Below, one piece after another: positions 8,901-15,383 of a stretch of 31,017 bases of DNA; positions within the stretch are counted from its first letter, which is position 1; every line of letters starts with the position of its first letter. The stretch lies in IMG/VR virus record IMGVR_UViG_3300021082_000017. One strand, given 5' to 3'. Both the position numbers and the translations under genes were made by a program. Below the pieces are notes generated by a model. It had not been told where the DNA came from. It saw only the letters and a program-made list of their open reading frames with translations, and did no database searches. Source of the stretch: a virus.

Positions 8901-9196
8901 ATGAGGTCAAGCGACGCGCACCAGTCGGCTATGGGGGCACCCGTGCACGCGGCGGCCCGGTCTGGGCGGGCATGGCCTACACCGTGGGCGAGCGTGGGCC
9001 AGAGACGCTGGTCATGGGCGGGCGGAGCGGTCGCGTCATTCCCAACGGCGCCATCGACTACGACCGGCTGGCCGTGGCCCTCGCCCAGCAACCGATCACG
9101 GTGACGCTCAACGGCGAAGCGGTCGGCCGGTTGGTGCGCGACGAGCTCGCCCGCCTGTCACGGCGCAATAGCGGCACCGGGTTGGTTGGCGCCTAG
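5960..9196 (+). CDS. Tape measure protein
   Basis: 1078 aa and the longest gene, placed after the G/G-T pair. Ala/Gly-rich helical N-terminus, four internal ~44-aa repeats, a Gly run, and a C-terminal GGPVWAGMAYTVGERGPETLV motif typical of TMP C-termini. Confidence 0.9.
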   Translation: MADMNLAVRISGQDDGATALIKKVDGGLGGLGGVAKTAGLAVAGVGLAAGAAAAGGIAAAVSAAAGFEEQLSGIKAVSGATQSEMKDLSGLALKLGKDTSFSASEAAAGIEELVKGGLSVGDIMNGAAEATLNLAAAGGVDLADAATISANALAQFNLKGTDMGHVADLIAGAANASALDVGQFAQSLQASGAVAATVGFSFDDLAQGIAIMGKAGITGSDAGTSLKTMMLNLSPSTDKAAAAMQELGIMSFNSNEAMKRLTEAGIKPAAAGSDALYIQSAKLTLGLSQNAEMTAKNYKEFSKMSQEVGLTSNAFFDANGKVKSMAEVAEILQKSTANLTQEQKLSTLQTLFGSDAIRAAAVLAKEGAEGFGDMAGAMGKVTAATVGAEKLNNFKGSIQQLQGSVETAGITLGMAFLPVLKQLADGATNVVNKMIPFLEVAGPKLVEMVGQGIDFLKKIDLSGFFFLWEHAQDIMGDFAEVVQQALSGDVTGAIGGLLDVVTDTRGRLVELLAGWGQAFIEWILPQVPALLDNLAKFSQEIAGKIAQFAAEYVEQLATWGAAFVDWIGPKIPDLLRELGAFSAKMLGWLIGDALPAIIGKLGEWGLAFIEWIAPRILPMLGELGKLLGELTGWMITTALPAILKKLVEWGAAFIDWVADNVIPKLPGALAAIRDSITSWIGGAIEGIKTEMGRIGTAIIDGVKAGIANAAGSLNAAMQNMATGALNAAKQTLGISSPSTVFADEVGEPIVDGIILGIEARAPAMLDTMNGIMDDLKQTSIEGIHAAIDAMDEVLQNNADFDRIRRAIAQMNDALVNGGGLGNGAGGGGGGGGGGGGGPEPPNTDGQSAPGQFQNDPLYQQISQNKNWSGNVPGRLSMDFGNGISYNAEMDTTRTGKPHAGKSAYYSVWYRVNSLLSAGHFSNVKDALRAAVQWVIDGTTPAGRAGLGWTIGAGAGAGYSSMTDEQISALVAAGNNDPALWDEVKRRAPVGYGGTRARGGPVWAGMAYTVGERGPETLVMGGRSGRVIPNGAIDYDRLAVALAQQPITVTLNGEAVGRLVRDELARLSRRNSGTGLVGA
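7496..7965 (+). repeat. Four tandem ~43-45-aa coding repeats in the tape measure (motif WGxAF(I/V)(E/D)W(I/V)xPxxPxLL)
   Basis: GWGQAFIEWILPQVPALL (~7502), TWGAAFVDWIGPKIPDLL (~7632), EWGLAFIEWIAPRILPML (~7767), EWGAAFIDWVADNVIPKL (~7902). Boundaries are approximate. Confidence 0.8.
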
Positions 9197-10381
9197 ATGG
9201 CGCAGCCAGCGGTGGTCTGCGAGATCGCGTTCACGACGGCGCCGGGCGCCGTGCCGTCCTGGACGGCCGTCACCAACTACCTGCTCGGCTTCACCATCAA
9301 CCGCGGCCGCGCCCACGAGCTCGACCAGTTCCAGGCCGGCACGGCGACGGTCCGGTTGCAGAACCACGACCGCCGCTTCGAGCCGCTGTACGCATCCGGC
9401 GCCTACTATCCCAACGTCGTGCCGCTCCGGCGCCTGCGCATCCGCGCCACCTGGAACAGCATCACCTACGACCTCTTCCACGGCTACATCGAGCGCTGGC
9501 AACCGTCCTATCCAGGGCCACTGGACAGCGAGTGCGAGGTGGCCTGCGTCGACGGCTTCTACGTCCTGTCGAACGCGGCGTTGAATACCGACGTCGTCCA
9601 GCAGTTCAGTGGCGCCCGCATCGGCGCCGTGCTGGATACGATCAGTTGGCCGGCGGGCGACCGGGCCATCAGCACCGGACTGCTCCAGGTCCAGGCGCGC
9701 ACGCTGGTCAATGTCAGCGCGCTGGCCCACCTCCAGGCCGTCGCCCTGGCCGAGCAGGGGTATCTGTGGATCAACCCCAGTGGCAGCGTCGTCTTCCGTT
9801 CGCGCGACAGCCGCATCCGGGCGCCGATCACGACGCATCTGACGCTGGGCGATGCCGGCGGGTCCGAGGAGTACTACCAGGACGCGGCCTGGGACTACGA
9901 CAGCGCCCACCTGTACAACGACGTGCGGTTCACCCGGCACGGCGGCATCGAGCAGGTGGCGAGCGACAGCACCAGCATCACGGCCTACTACAAGCGCAGC
10001 TACGCCGTCAGCGACACCGAGAACGCCGAGGACGGCGACGCGCTGATCGCGGCCCAGGTGACGCTGGGCAAGTACAAAGACCCCCAGTACCGGGCACGGG
10101 CCATCCAGCTCAACGCCGAGGCCGAGCCGGCGACGCTCTGGCCGCATCTGCTGGGGCGCGACATCGGTGACCGCATCAGCATCACCAAGCGGCCACCGGG
10201 TGGCGGCACGGCACTGACCCAGGTCAGTTGGATCGAGGGCGTGGCGTTCACCTGGCGGGCGTTCGGCGGGGTGTGGGAGAGCATCACCTGGACGGTCAGC
10301 CCGGCCGATACGCAGACCTACTGGCAGCTCCAGGACGCCACCTATGGCGTGTTAGACAGCACTACCCGGCTGTGGGTGTAG
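9197..10381 (+). CDS. Distal tail protein (Dit)-like minor tail protein
   Basis: ATG 9197 abuts the TMP stop. The N-terminal pattern VCEIAFTT...WTAVTNYLLGFTINRGRAHELDQFQAGTATVRLQNHDRRFEP is typical of siphovirus tail proteins that follow the TMP. 394 aa. Confidence 0.55.
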   Translation: MAQPAVVCEIAFTTAPGAVPSWTAVTNYLLGFTINRGRAHELDQFQAGTATVRLQNHDRRFEPLYASGAYYPNVVPLRRLRIRATWNSITYDLFHGYIERWQPSYPGPLDSECEVACVDGFYVLSNAALNTDVVQQFSGARIGAVLDTISWPAGDRAISTGLLQVQARTLVNVSALAHLQAVALAEQGYLWINPSGSVVFRSRDSRIRAPITTHLTLGDAGGSEEYYQDAAWDYDSAHLYNDVRFTRHGGIEQVASDSTSITAYYKRSYAVSDTENAEDGDALIAAQVTLGKYKDPQYRARAIQLNAEAEPATLWPHLLGRDIGDRISITKRPPGGGTALTQVSWIEGVAFTWRAFGGVWESITWTVSPADTQTYWQLQDATYGVLDSTTRLWV

Positions 10382-10392
10382 GAGGCTAGCGC

Positions 10393-11418
10393 ATGGCGTG
10401 GACCACGCCGCGAACGTGGGTGGCTGCGGAGATCGTCACGGCGAGCGTGATGAATGTCCACGTCCGCGACAACCTGGCCTACCTGAAGGGCATCCTGGAT
10501 GGCACGGTCGCGGGCAACCTGATCGTGACCGGGAACATCACGGCCAGCGGCAGCGTGCAGGGCAACATCGGCGGCAGCTTCGTCGATCTGACCGTCTCCG
10601 ACGACGCCACGATCCTCAGCGACCTGGCGGTGAGCGGGAATACGACGCTCAGCGGCCAACTGCTGCTCGGCAACCCGACGCCGTCGATTGTCTGGGTCGG
10701 TGATCTCGATACCTATATCGAGCACGCGTCCGCGAACAGAATCGGCCTCGTGACCGGCGGGGTGGCAGTCGCCGACTTCTACGCCACCGGCGTCGACCTG
10801 TGGAAGGCGCTGACGGTCCACGACAACATTGCCAGCACGGGCGTCCTGACCGTGACGCCGCCGGCTGGCGGTGGGTCGTCCTCCGGCATCGACACCAGCG
10901 GCAATCTGTACACCCAGGCCGGTGGGCTGAACGTGGTCGGCAATACGGCCCTGACCGGCACGTTGACGGTTGGTGGGCAGCCGGTCCGCAGCGCAGGCGC
11001 CCGCGTGCGGCGTACCACCACGCAGTCGCTCACCACCGCCGTCGCCGCCGCCATCGCCTTCGACGCCGAACGCTACGACACGACGGCCTTCCACGACACC
11101 GCCAGCAACACCAGCCGGTTCACCATCCCGAGCGGCATGGCCGGCAAGTATCTCATCACCGGCTGCGTCGAGTTCGCCAACAACGCGACCGGCGTGCGGG
11201 CGCTCAGCATCCGGCACAACGTCGGTGGCACCCTCCTGGCGGCGGTCAACACACCAGCCATCAGTGGCGACACGACCATCCTGACCATCGCGACCATCTA
11301 CGACCTGGCCGTCGGCGACTACGTGGAGTTGTTCGCCTACCAGACCAGCGGCGGGGCGCTCACCACGCTGGCGAGCGGCAACTACAGCCCGGAGTTCACC
11401 ATCATGGCGATCGGGTAG
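10393..11418 (+). CDS. Tail fibre with C-terminal C1q/TNF-like jelly-roll domain
   Basis: GGAGG 10381-10385, ATG 10393. N-terminal WTTPRTWVAAEIVTASVMNVHVRDNLAYL is a common fibre N-terminus. The middle is a Gly/Thr/Val-rich beta region. The C-terminal ~130 aa (AFDAERYDTTAFHD...RFTIPSGMAGKYLITGCVEF...LAVGDYVELFAYQ...FTIMAIG) follows the C1q-domain pattern. Confidence 0.65.
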   Translation: MAWTTPRTWVAAEIVTASVMNVHVRDNLAYLKGILDGTVAGNLIVTGNITASGSVQGNIGGSFVDLTVSDDATILSDLAVSGNTTLSGQLLLGNPTPSIVWVGDLDTYIEHASANRIGLVTGGVAVADFYATGVDLWKALTVHDNIASTGVLTVTPPAGGGSSSGIDTSGNLYTQAGGLNVVGNTALTGTLTVGGQPVRSAGARVRRTTTQSLTTAVAAAIAFDAERYDTTAFHDTASNTSRFTIPSGMAGKYLITGCVEFANNATGVRALSIRHNVGGTLLAAVNTPAISGDTTILTIATIYDLAVGDYVELFAYQTSGGALTTLASGNYSPEFTIMAIG

Positions 11419-11426
11419 GAGGCGGC

Positions 11427-11642
11427 ATGGACGACAGCACGATGCAGGCTGACCTGACCGCCCGCCTGGCCACCCTGGAACGGCAGCACGCTGATCAGTT
11501 GGCGCTCTTCCGCGCCGGCATGGCCATCGGCCAGACCGAGGGGCGTATCGCTGAGCTGCGCGCCATCCTGAGCGGGTTCGACCAGGCGCCGGCTGAGCCG
11601 GCAGACGCGGAGCCGCCGGCCTCCTCCTCGCGGGCGGCGTGA
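11427..11642 (+). CDS. Hypothetical small coiled-coil protein (71 aa)
   Basis: AGGAGG 11417-11422, ATG 11427. The longer track ORF from 10800 is an out-of-frame overlap of the fibre gene. The stop overlaps the next start. Confidence 0.55.
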   Translation: MDDSTMQADLTARLATLERQHADQLALFRAGMAIGQTEGRIAELRAILSGFDQAPAEPADAEPPASSSRAA

Positions 11643-11923
11643 CTCCAGCGGCGTTCCTCCAGGCGTTCGCCCAGGCGATCGCCAACGACGGCGCCCTGAT
11701 CCTGCTCGTGCTGCTGATCCTGTGGCTCGGGGCACGACGCAAGTGGGTATGGTCGTGGACGCTGGAACGGCTGGAGTCGCAACTGACGGATGAGCGGGTG
11801 GCCCACATGGCCGAGATGAACCAGATGCGCGAGGAGCGCGACCAGTGGCGCCGCTTGAGCCTGATGCAGCAGGGACAGCGTGGCCCAACCACGCCGCCAC
11901 CCGGCCCGATGGAAGGAGACTGA
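11639..11923 (+). CDS. Membrane protein: N-terminal TM helix plus coiled coil (holin/antiholin or lysis accessory candidate)
   Basis: GTG 11639 overlaps the upstream TGA. One hydrophobic helix (GALILLVLLILWLGA) is followed by a charged helical region. It lies just upstream of the endolysin. Confidence 0.5.
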   Translation: MTPAAFLQAFAQAIANDGALILLVLLILWLGARRKWVWSWTLERLESQLTDERVAHMAEMNQMREERDQWRRLSLMQQGQRGPTTPPPGPMEGD

Positions 11924-11924
11924 C

Positions 11925-12074
11925 ATGCAGGTTGGCATTCAGCCCGTGAGCATTGGATTCATCCTCGCCGTGGTTGCGCTGATCATCATCGTCGTGCTGC
12001 TGGTGACGGGGCAATTGCCGTTCCTGTGGCTGGGCCTGGTGCTGCTATTGCTGGCCATCAGTCGATTAGTCTAA
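11925..12074 (+). CDS. Small two-TM protein, holin candidate (49 aa)
   Basis: GGAAGGAG 11911-11918, ATG 11925 (tgacATG junction). MQVGIQPVSIGFILAVVALIIIVVLLVTGQLPFLWLGLVLLLLAISRLV gives two hydrophobic helices. The track ORF start at 11880 lacks an RBS. Confidence 0.55.
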   Translation: MQVGIQPVSIGFILAVVALIIIVVLLVTGQLPFLWLGLVLLLLAISRLV

Positions 12075-12080
12075 CGACGA

Positions 12081-12293
12081 ATGGAGTATGAGATGGACGA
12101 GCGTGACGTGACCACGGCCGACGCCGAACCCGCTGAAGAACGACCACTGGTCGTGCCACCTGATGACGGTGGCGCCGCCGAGGAAGGGGCGCAGGAGAAG
12201 CTGGCTGAGCGGGACGCCAAAGAGGATGCTGCTGAGGATGAGGCGGCGGAAGAGCCGGTGGCCACACCCGACCCTGAACCGGCCACCCCGTGA
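12081..12293 (+). CDS. Hypothetical very acidic protein (70 aa)
   Basis: ATG 12081. Asp/Glu/Ala/Pro-rich. Its stop overlaps the endolysin GTG (GTGA). Confidence 0.45.
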   Translation: MEYEMDERDVTTADAEPAEERPLVVPPDDGGAAEEGAQEKLAERDAKEDAAEDEAAEEPVATPDPEPATP

Positions 12294-13567
12294 TCGCCGG
12301 AGTTGACCCGTTCAGGAATGTCTGCCGGGTCAGCCGTGAGGGATTCGCTGTCGCCATCGCGTCGCGCCCACACAACACGGGACTGGAGCAGGAGCGCGAC
12401 CTCGGCGCCTACTGGGACGAGAGCCGCGCCTGGAGCATCGACCCGCTGTTCACACTGGCGATGGCCATCCACGAGAGCCAGTTGCTGACGGCCGGCGTGG
12501 CCGTCACGACGAAGTCGTTCGGTAACACGCGCAACCCGAGCTTCGGCGCGACGCCGGTGGGTGAAACGCCGGGACGCACCGGCACCTTCCCGGTCTTCGC
12601 GTCGTATTTGGACGGCTGCACCAGCACCGTCGCCCGGCTGGCCTCCACCGTCTGGCCGACGGTCGCTCCGTATGGTGAGCGAGATAGCATCGCCGAGGTG
12701 TTCTCACACCCATCAGGCGCGGTCTGGGCACCGGCCGGAGACCTGAACAGCCCGGCGGGCTATCTCAATTCGATGCTGCGCCTGATGAACCAGTATGCCG
12801 ACCAGGCCGATGAGCCGATCAGCGGGAGGACACCTCTGGCACTGACCATTCACACGCGGCTGACGCCGGTCAACTACACCCACGGGCGCAACGGCCATAC
12901 CGTGCGCGCCATCGTCGAGCACATCACCGACGGCGAGACGGCGGCCGGCGCCATCGGCTGGTTCCACAGCCCGGCCAGCCAGGTCAGCGCCCATTACGTG
13001 GTGGACAGAGATGGCGCCATCTATCAGGTGGTGGCCGAGGCCGACACCGCCTGGGCCAATGGCGTGCTGAACCAGCCGAACATGGCCAACCCGATCGTGG
13101 CTGGCTGGGTGCACGACGGCACGAACCCGAACAGCGAGACGATCTCGATCGAAGCCGTGGGCAAACCGGCGCAGGGGTGGACGACCAAGCAACTGGCCGT
13201 CGTCGATGCGCTCAACCGCGACATCGCGGCCAGGTGGAATATCCCGGTGGACGCGACGACGATCATCGGCCACAAGGATATCGACTCGGTGAACCGGGCG
13301 CGCTGCCCATCGCTGACGCCGGCGCAATGGGCGCGGATGCGGCAGGCGGCCGTGCTGACCGACGACCAAAAGATGGAAGCCTATTATCAGGCCAACGCCG
13401 CGAGGCTGGGACCGAAGAAGTACGCCGCGCAGCTCAGCCTGCATTACTACACCGGGCCGGCGCTGGTCTGCGCCTATGGCGTGGTGACGCCCGAGGGCGA
13501 GGCCATCGCCGGCTATATGGTGGATGACTGGGAAACCTACAACGCGGCGGGGATCACGAAACTCTAG
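12290..13567 (+). CDS. Endolysin: N-terminal glucosaminidase/lysozyme-like domain plus Amidase_2 (PGRP-type N-acetylmuramoyl-L-alanine amidase)
   Basis: PLFTLAMAIHESQLLTAG...KSFGNTRNPS...FPVFASYLDGCTS resembles the glucosaminidase family. VRAIVEHITDG...SAHYVVDRDGAIYQVV...TAWANG...ETISIEAVG...IIGHKDID...RCPS is the Amidase_2 signature. Confidence 0.85.
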   Translation: MIAGVDPFRNVCRVSREGFAVAIASRPHNTGLEQERDLGAYWDESRAWSIDPLFTLAMAIHESQLLTAGVAVTTKSFGNTRNPSFGATPVGETPGRTGTFPVFASYLDGCTSTVARLASTVWPTVAPYGERDSIAEVFSHPSGAVWAPAGDLNSPAGYLNSMLRLMNQYADQADEPISGRTPLALTIHTRLTPVNYTHGRNGHTVRAIVEHITDGETAAGAIGWFHSPASQVSAHYVVDRDGAIYQVVAEADTAWANGVLNQPNMANPIVAGWVHDGTNPNSETISIEAVGKPAQGWTTKQLAVVDALNRDIAARWNIPVDATTIIGHKDIDSVNRARCPSLTPAQWARMRQAAVLTDDQKMEAYYQANAARLGPKKYAAQLSLHYYTGPALVCAYGVVTPEGEAIAGYMVDDWETYNAAGITKL

Positions 13568-13621
13568 TGGAGGGCTAAAGTCATCGCGTCAGGATGGACA
13601 AACAAAGGAAAAGCCAGGGTA

Positions 13622-14035
13622 TTGGAGATCGCGCTGGCCAACGGCAGCGAGCCGACCGCCATGTATGTGGCGCTCGTCACCAGCGCGACGGCGCCGACGG
13701 CCGCCATCAACACCAAGAGCGAGCTCACCGAATTGGCGTCGGGCAACGGCTACACCACGGGTGGGATCATCCTCACCCGCAACGCGACCAACTTCCCAAC
13801 CGTCGAGGACGACGGCAACACCCGCGGCTCGATCGACATCCCTGACCAAGCGTGGACGGCCAGCGGCGGGTCCATCCCGGCCTCAGGCGGCCAGGCACGC
13901 TGGGCGATCCTGACCGACGACAACGCCACGCAAGGGTCGCGGGAGGTGTGGTACTGGTGGGACTTGACCTCTGACCGCACGGTGTCAGACACACAAGTTT
14001 TGACTCTGAGTAATATGCTCATATACCTTACCTGA
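13622..14035 (+). CDS. Hypothetical phage protein (137 aa), structural-looking
   Basis: The frame is open from 13568. The only starts are TTG 13622 or ATG 13661, and both have a weak RBS. GC3-rich coding except for the last ~17 codons, which are AT-rich. Confidence 0.5.
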   Translation: MEIALANGSEPTAMYVALVTSATAPTAAINTKSELTELASGNGYTTGGIILTRNATNFPTVEDDGNTRGSIDIPDQAWTASGGSIPASGGQARWAILTDDNATQGSREVWYWWDLTSDRTVSDTQVLTLSNMLIYLT

Positions 14036-14062
14036 CGGTACAGTGCGTTCGAATATCCTATC

Positions 14063-14071
14063 TGGTATACT
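14063..14071 (+). promoter_or_regulatory. Possible extended -10 promoter element TGgTATACT for the HNH gene
   Basis: Read directly in the AT-rich gap, ~20 nt upstream of the RBS AAAGGGGG / ATG 14092. No convincing -35. Confidence 0.3.
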
Positions 14072-14091
14072 GTCCCTGAAAGGGGGCAGTC

Positions 14092-14871
14092 ATGCCTGTA
14101 TCAGACGAGACGAGGCTGAAGCTATCCGAGGCGAGACGAGCATGGTGGGAACGGGCGACGCCCGAACAGCTCGCCAGGTTGAAGGAGCGGCAATCGGGTC
14201 CGCGTCCGCAGACATCAGCGGCGCTGAAGGGCAAGCCGAAGGCGCCGCGCGTGAAGACCGGACGCATGGTCCCATGCGATCAATGTGGAACGGAGTTCTA
14301 CTGTCATCCATTCCGATTGGAGAGGTTCCCTCACCATTTCTGCTCTCGCGCCTGTTCCGGCAAGTTCACTGGCGCGGCGAAGAAGATCGAGAACACGGTC
14401 ACCTGTATCCAGTGCGGCAAGGTATTTGATCGCACGCCTGGTCGAGCCAAATACAACGGTGGCAATCATCTTTGCTCCACTGCATGCGTTGCCCTCTGGC
14501 GGACAGGCCAGAACCACCACAACTGGAATGGCGGTCGCTGGAAATTCAAAGGTGGCTACATCATGGTGGCGGCGTCGCTCGTGCCGGACGAACTGAAGTG
14601 CATGCTGTCCGTGCAAAACAACAGCCTCTTCGAACACCGGCTCGTCATGGCCCAGCATCTTGGACGACCGCTGGAAGACTGGGAAGTCGTGCATCACAAG
14701 AACGGCATCAAGGACGACAATCGAGTCGAGAACCTGGAAGTGCATAGCGCGCACGCCCACCACGGCATCACCAACGCTGAGCGCAAAGACGTGAACGCAC
14801 TACGCCGCGAGAACGCGGCATTACGAGCGGAGGTCGCCTTGCTCAAAGCTCGACTGGGTGAGGGAGACTGA
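14092..14871 (+). CDS. HNH homing endonuclease (HNH_3-type) with NUMOD3-like N-terminus and Cys-rich zinc-finger-like repeats
   Basis: EHRLVMAQHLGRPLEDWEVVHHKNGIKDDNRVENLEV is the HNH_3 core. DETRLKLSEARRAWW is NUMOD3-like. There are two CxxC...C blocks (CDQCG...HHFCSRAC; CIQCG...CSTAC). Composition is atypical for this genome. Confidence 0.85.
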   Translation: MPVSDETRLKLSEARRAWWERATPEQLARLKERQSGPRPQTSAALKGKPKAPRVKTGRMVPCDQCGTEFYCHPFRLERFPHHFCSRACSGKFTGAAKKIENTVTCIQCGKVFDRTPGRAKYNGGNHLCSTACVALWRTGQNHHNWNGGRWKFKGGYIMVAASLVPDELKCMLSVQNNSLFEHRLVMAQHLGRPLEDWEVVHHKNGIKDDNRVENLEVHSAHAHHGITNAERKDVNALRRENAALRAEVALLKARLGEGD

Positions 14872-15383
14872 TGGCAACCGCCTATCTCACCCTGCCGCCG
14901 CTGGCGGCCAAGCCCGACATCGACGCGCCGCCGCAGCTCTCGGCCTACGAGAGCACGGCCGGCGAACCGAACCCCGAGTGGATGGTCTGGCTGTTCGACG
15001 GCACGACCGCCGAGTTCATCCACTACCAGTTCCGCATGCCCGGCGACTACGCCTCGGCGCCGTCGCTGACCGTGCTGTGGCAGAGCAGCGCCGTCACCAA
15101 CGCCGTCGTCTGGACGGCCCGCGTCGGCGCCATCACCGCGGCCGATGCCGACACGCCGCAGGAGCACGCGGCCGGCACGGTCAACTCAGCCACGGCGACC
15201 AACAACAACACGACCGAGGCCAACCGGCTCAACACGACGACGTGGGCGCTGACCAACGCCGACAGCGTGGCGGCCGGCGACCTGGTCGATCTGATCGTGG
15301 GCCGCGACCCGGCCGCCGCCGGCGACACCTCGACGACTGATGCTGGCCTGCTGATGGCCGAGCTTAGCTACACAACCACCTAA
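14871..15383 (+). CDS. Hypothetical phage protein (170 aa), structural-looking
   Basis: ATG 14871 shares its A with the HNH stop (TGATG). GAGGGAG lies upstream. Normal high-GC3 coding. No domain recognised. Confidence 0.6.
   Translation: MATAYLTLPPLAAKPDIDAPPQLSAYESTAGEPNPEWMVWLFDGTTAEFIHYQFRMPGDYASAPSLTVLWQSSAVTNAVVWTARVGAITAADADTPQEHAAGTVNSATATNNNTTEANRLNTTTWALTNADSVAAGDLVDLIVGRDPAAAGDTSTTDAGLLMAELSYTTT

Larger units (their letters stand above)
13985..14871 (+). mobile_element. Free-standing HNH homing-endonuclease cassette (low-GC island)
   Basis: Visible drop in G+C and loss of GC3 bias from ~13985 (caagttttgactctgagtaatatgctcatatacc...) to the end of the HNH gene. Boundaries are approximate. 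Confidence 0.45.

Noticed and set aside
11639-11923. Rz/Rz1-type spanin pair, with an embedded lipoprotein gene inside the TM/coiled-coil gene
   Set aside because: No alternative-frame ORF with a signal peptide and lipobox Cys is present within or just after this gene. The only overlapping-frame ORF (from 11880) is the 5' extension of the two-TM holin candidate.
14044-14058. gcGTTCGAATAtcc resembles a tRNA T-loop (GGTTCGAATCC), raising the possibility of a tRNA gene or tRNA-derived att site next to the HNH cassette
   Set aside because: The flanks cannot form a 5-bp T-stem (gtgcg versus atcct). No acceptor or anticodon arms can be drawn around it.
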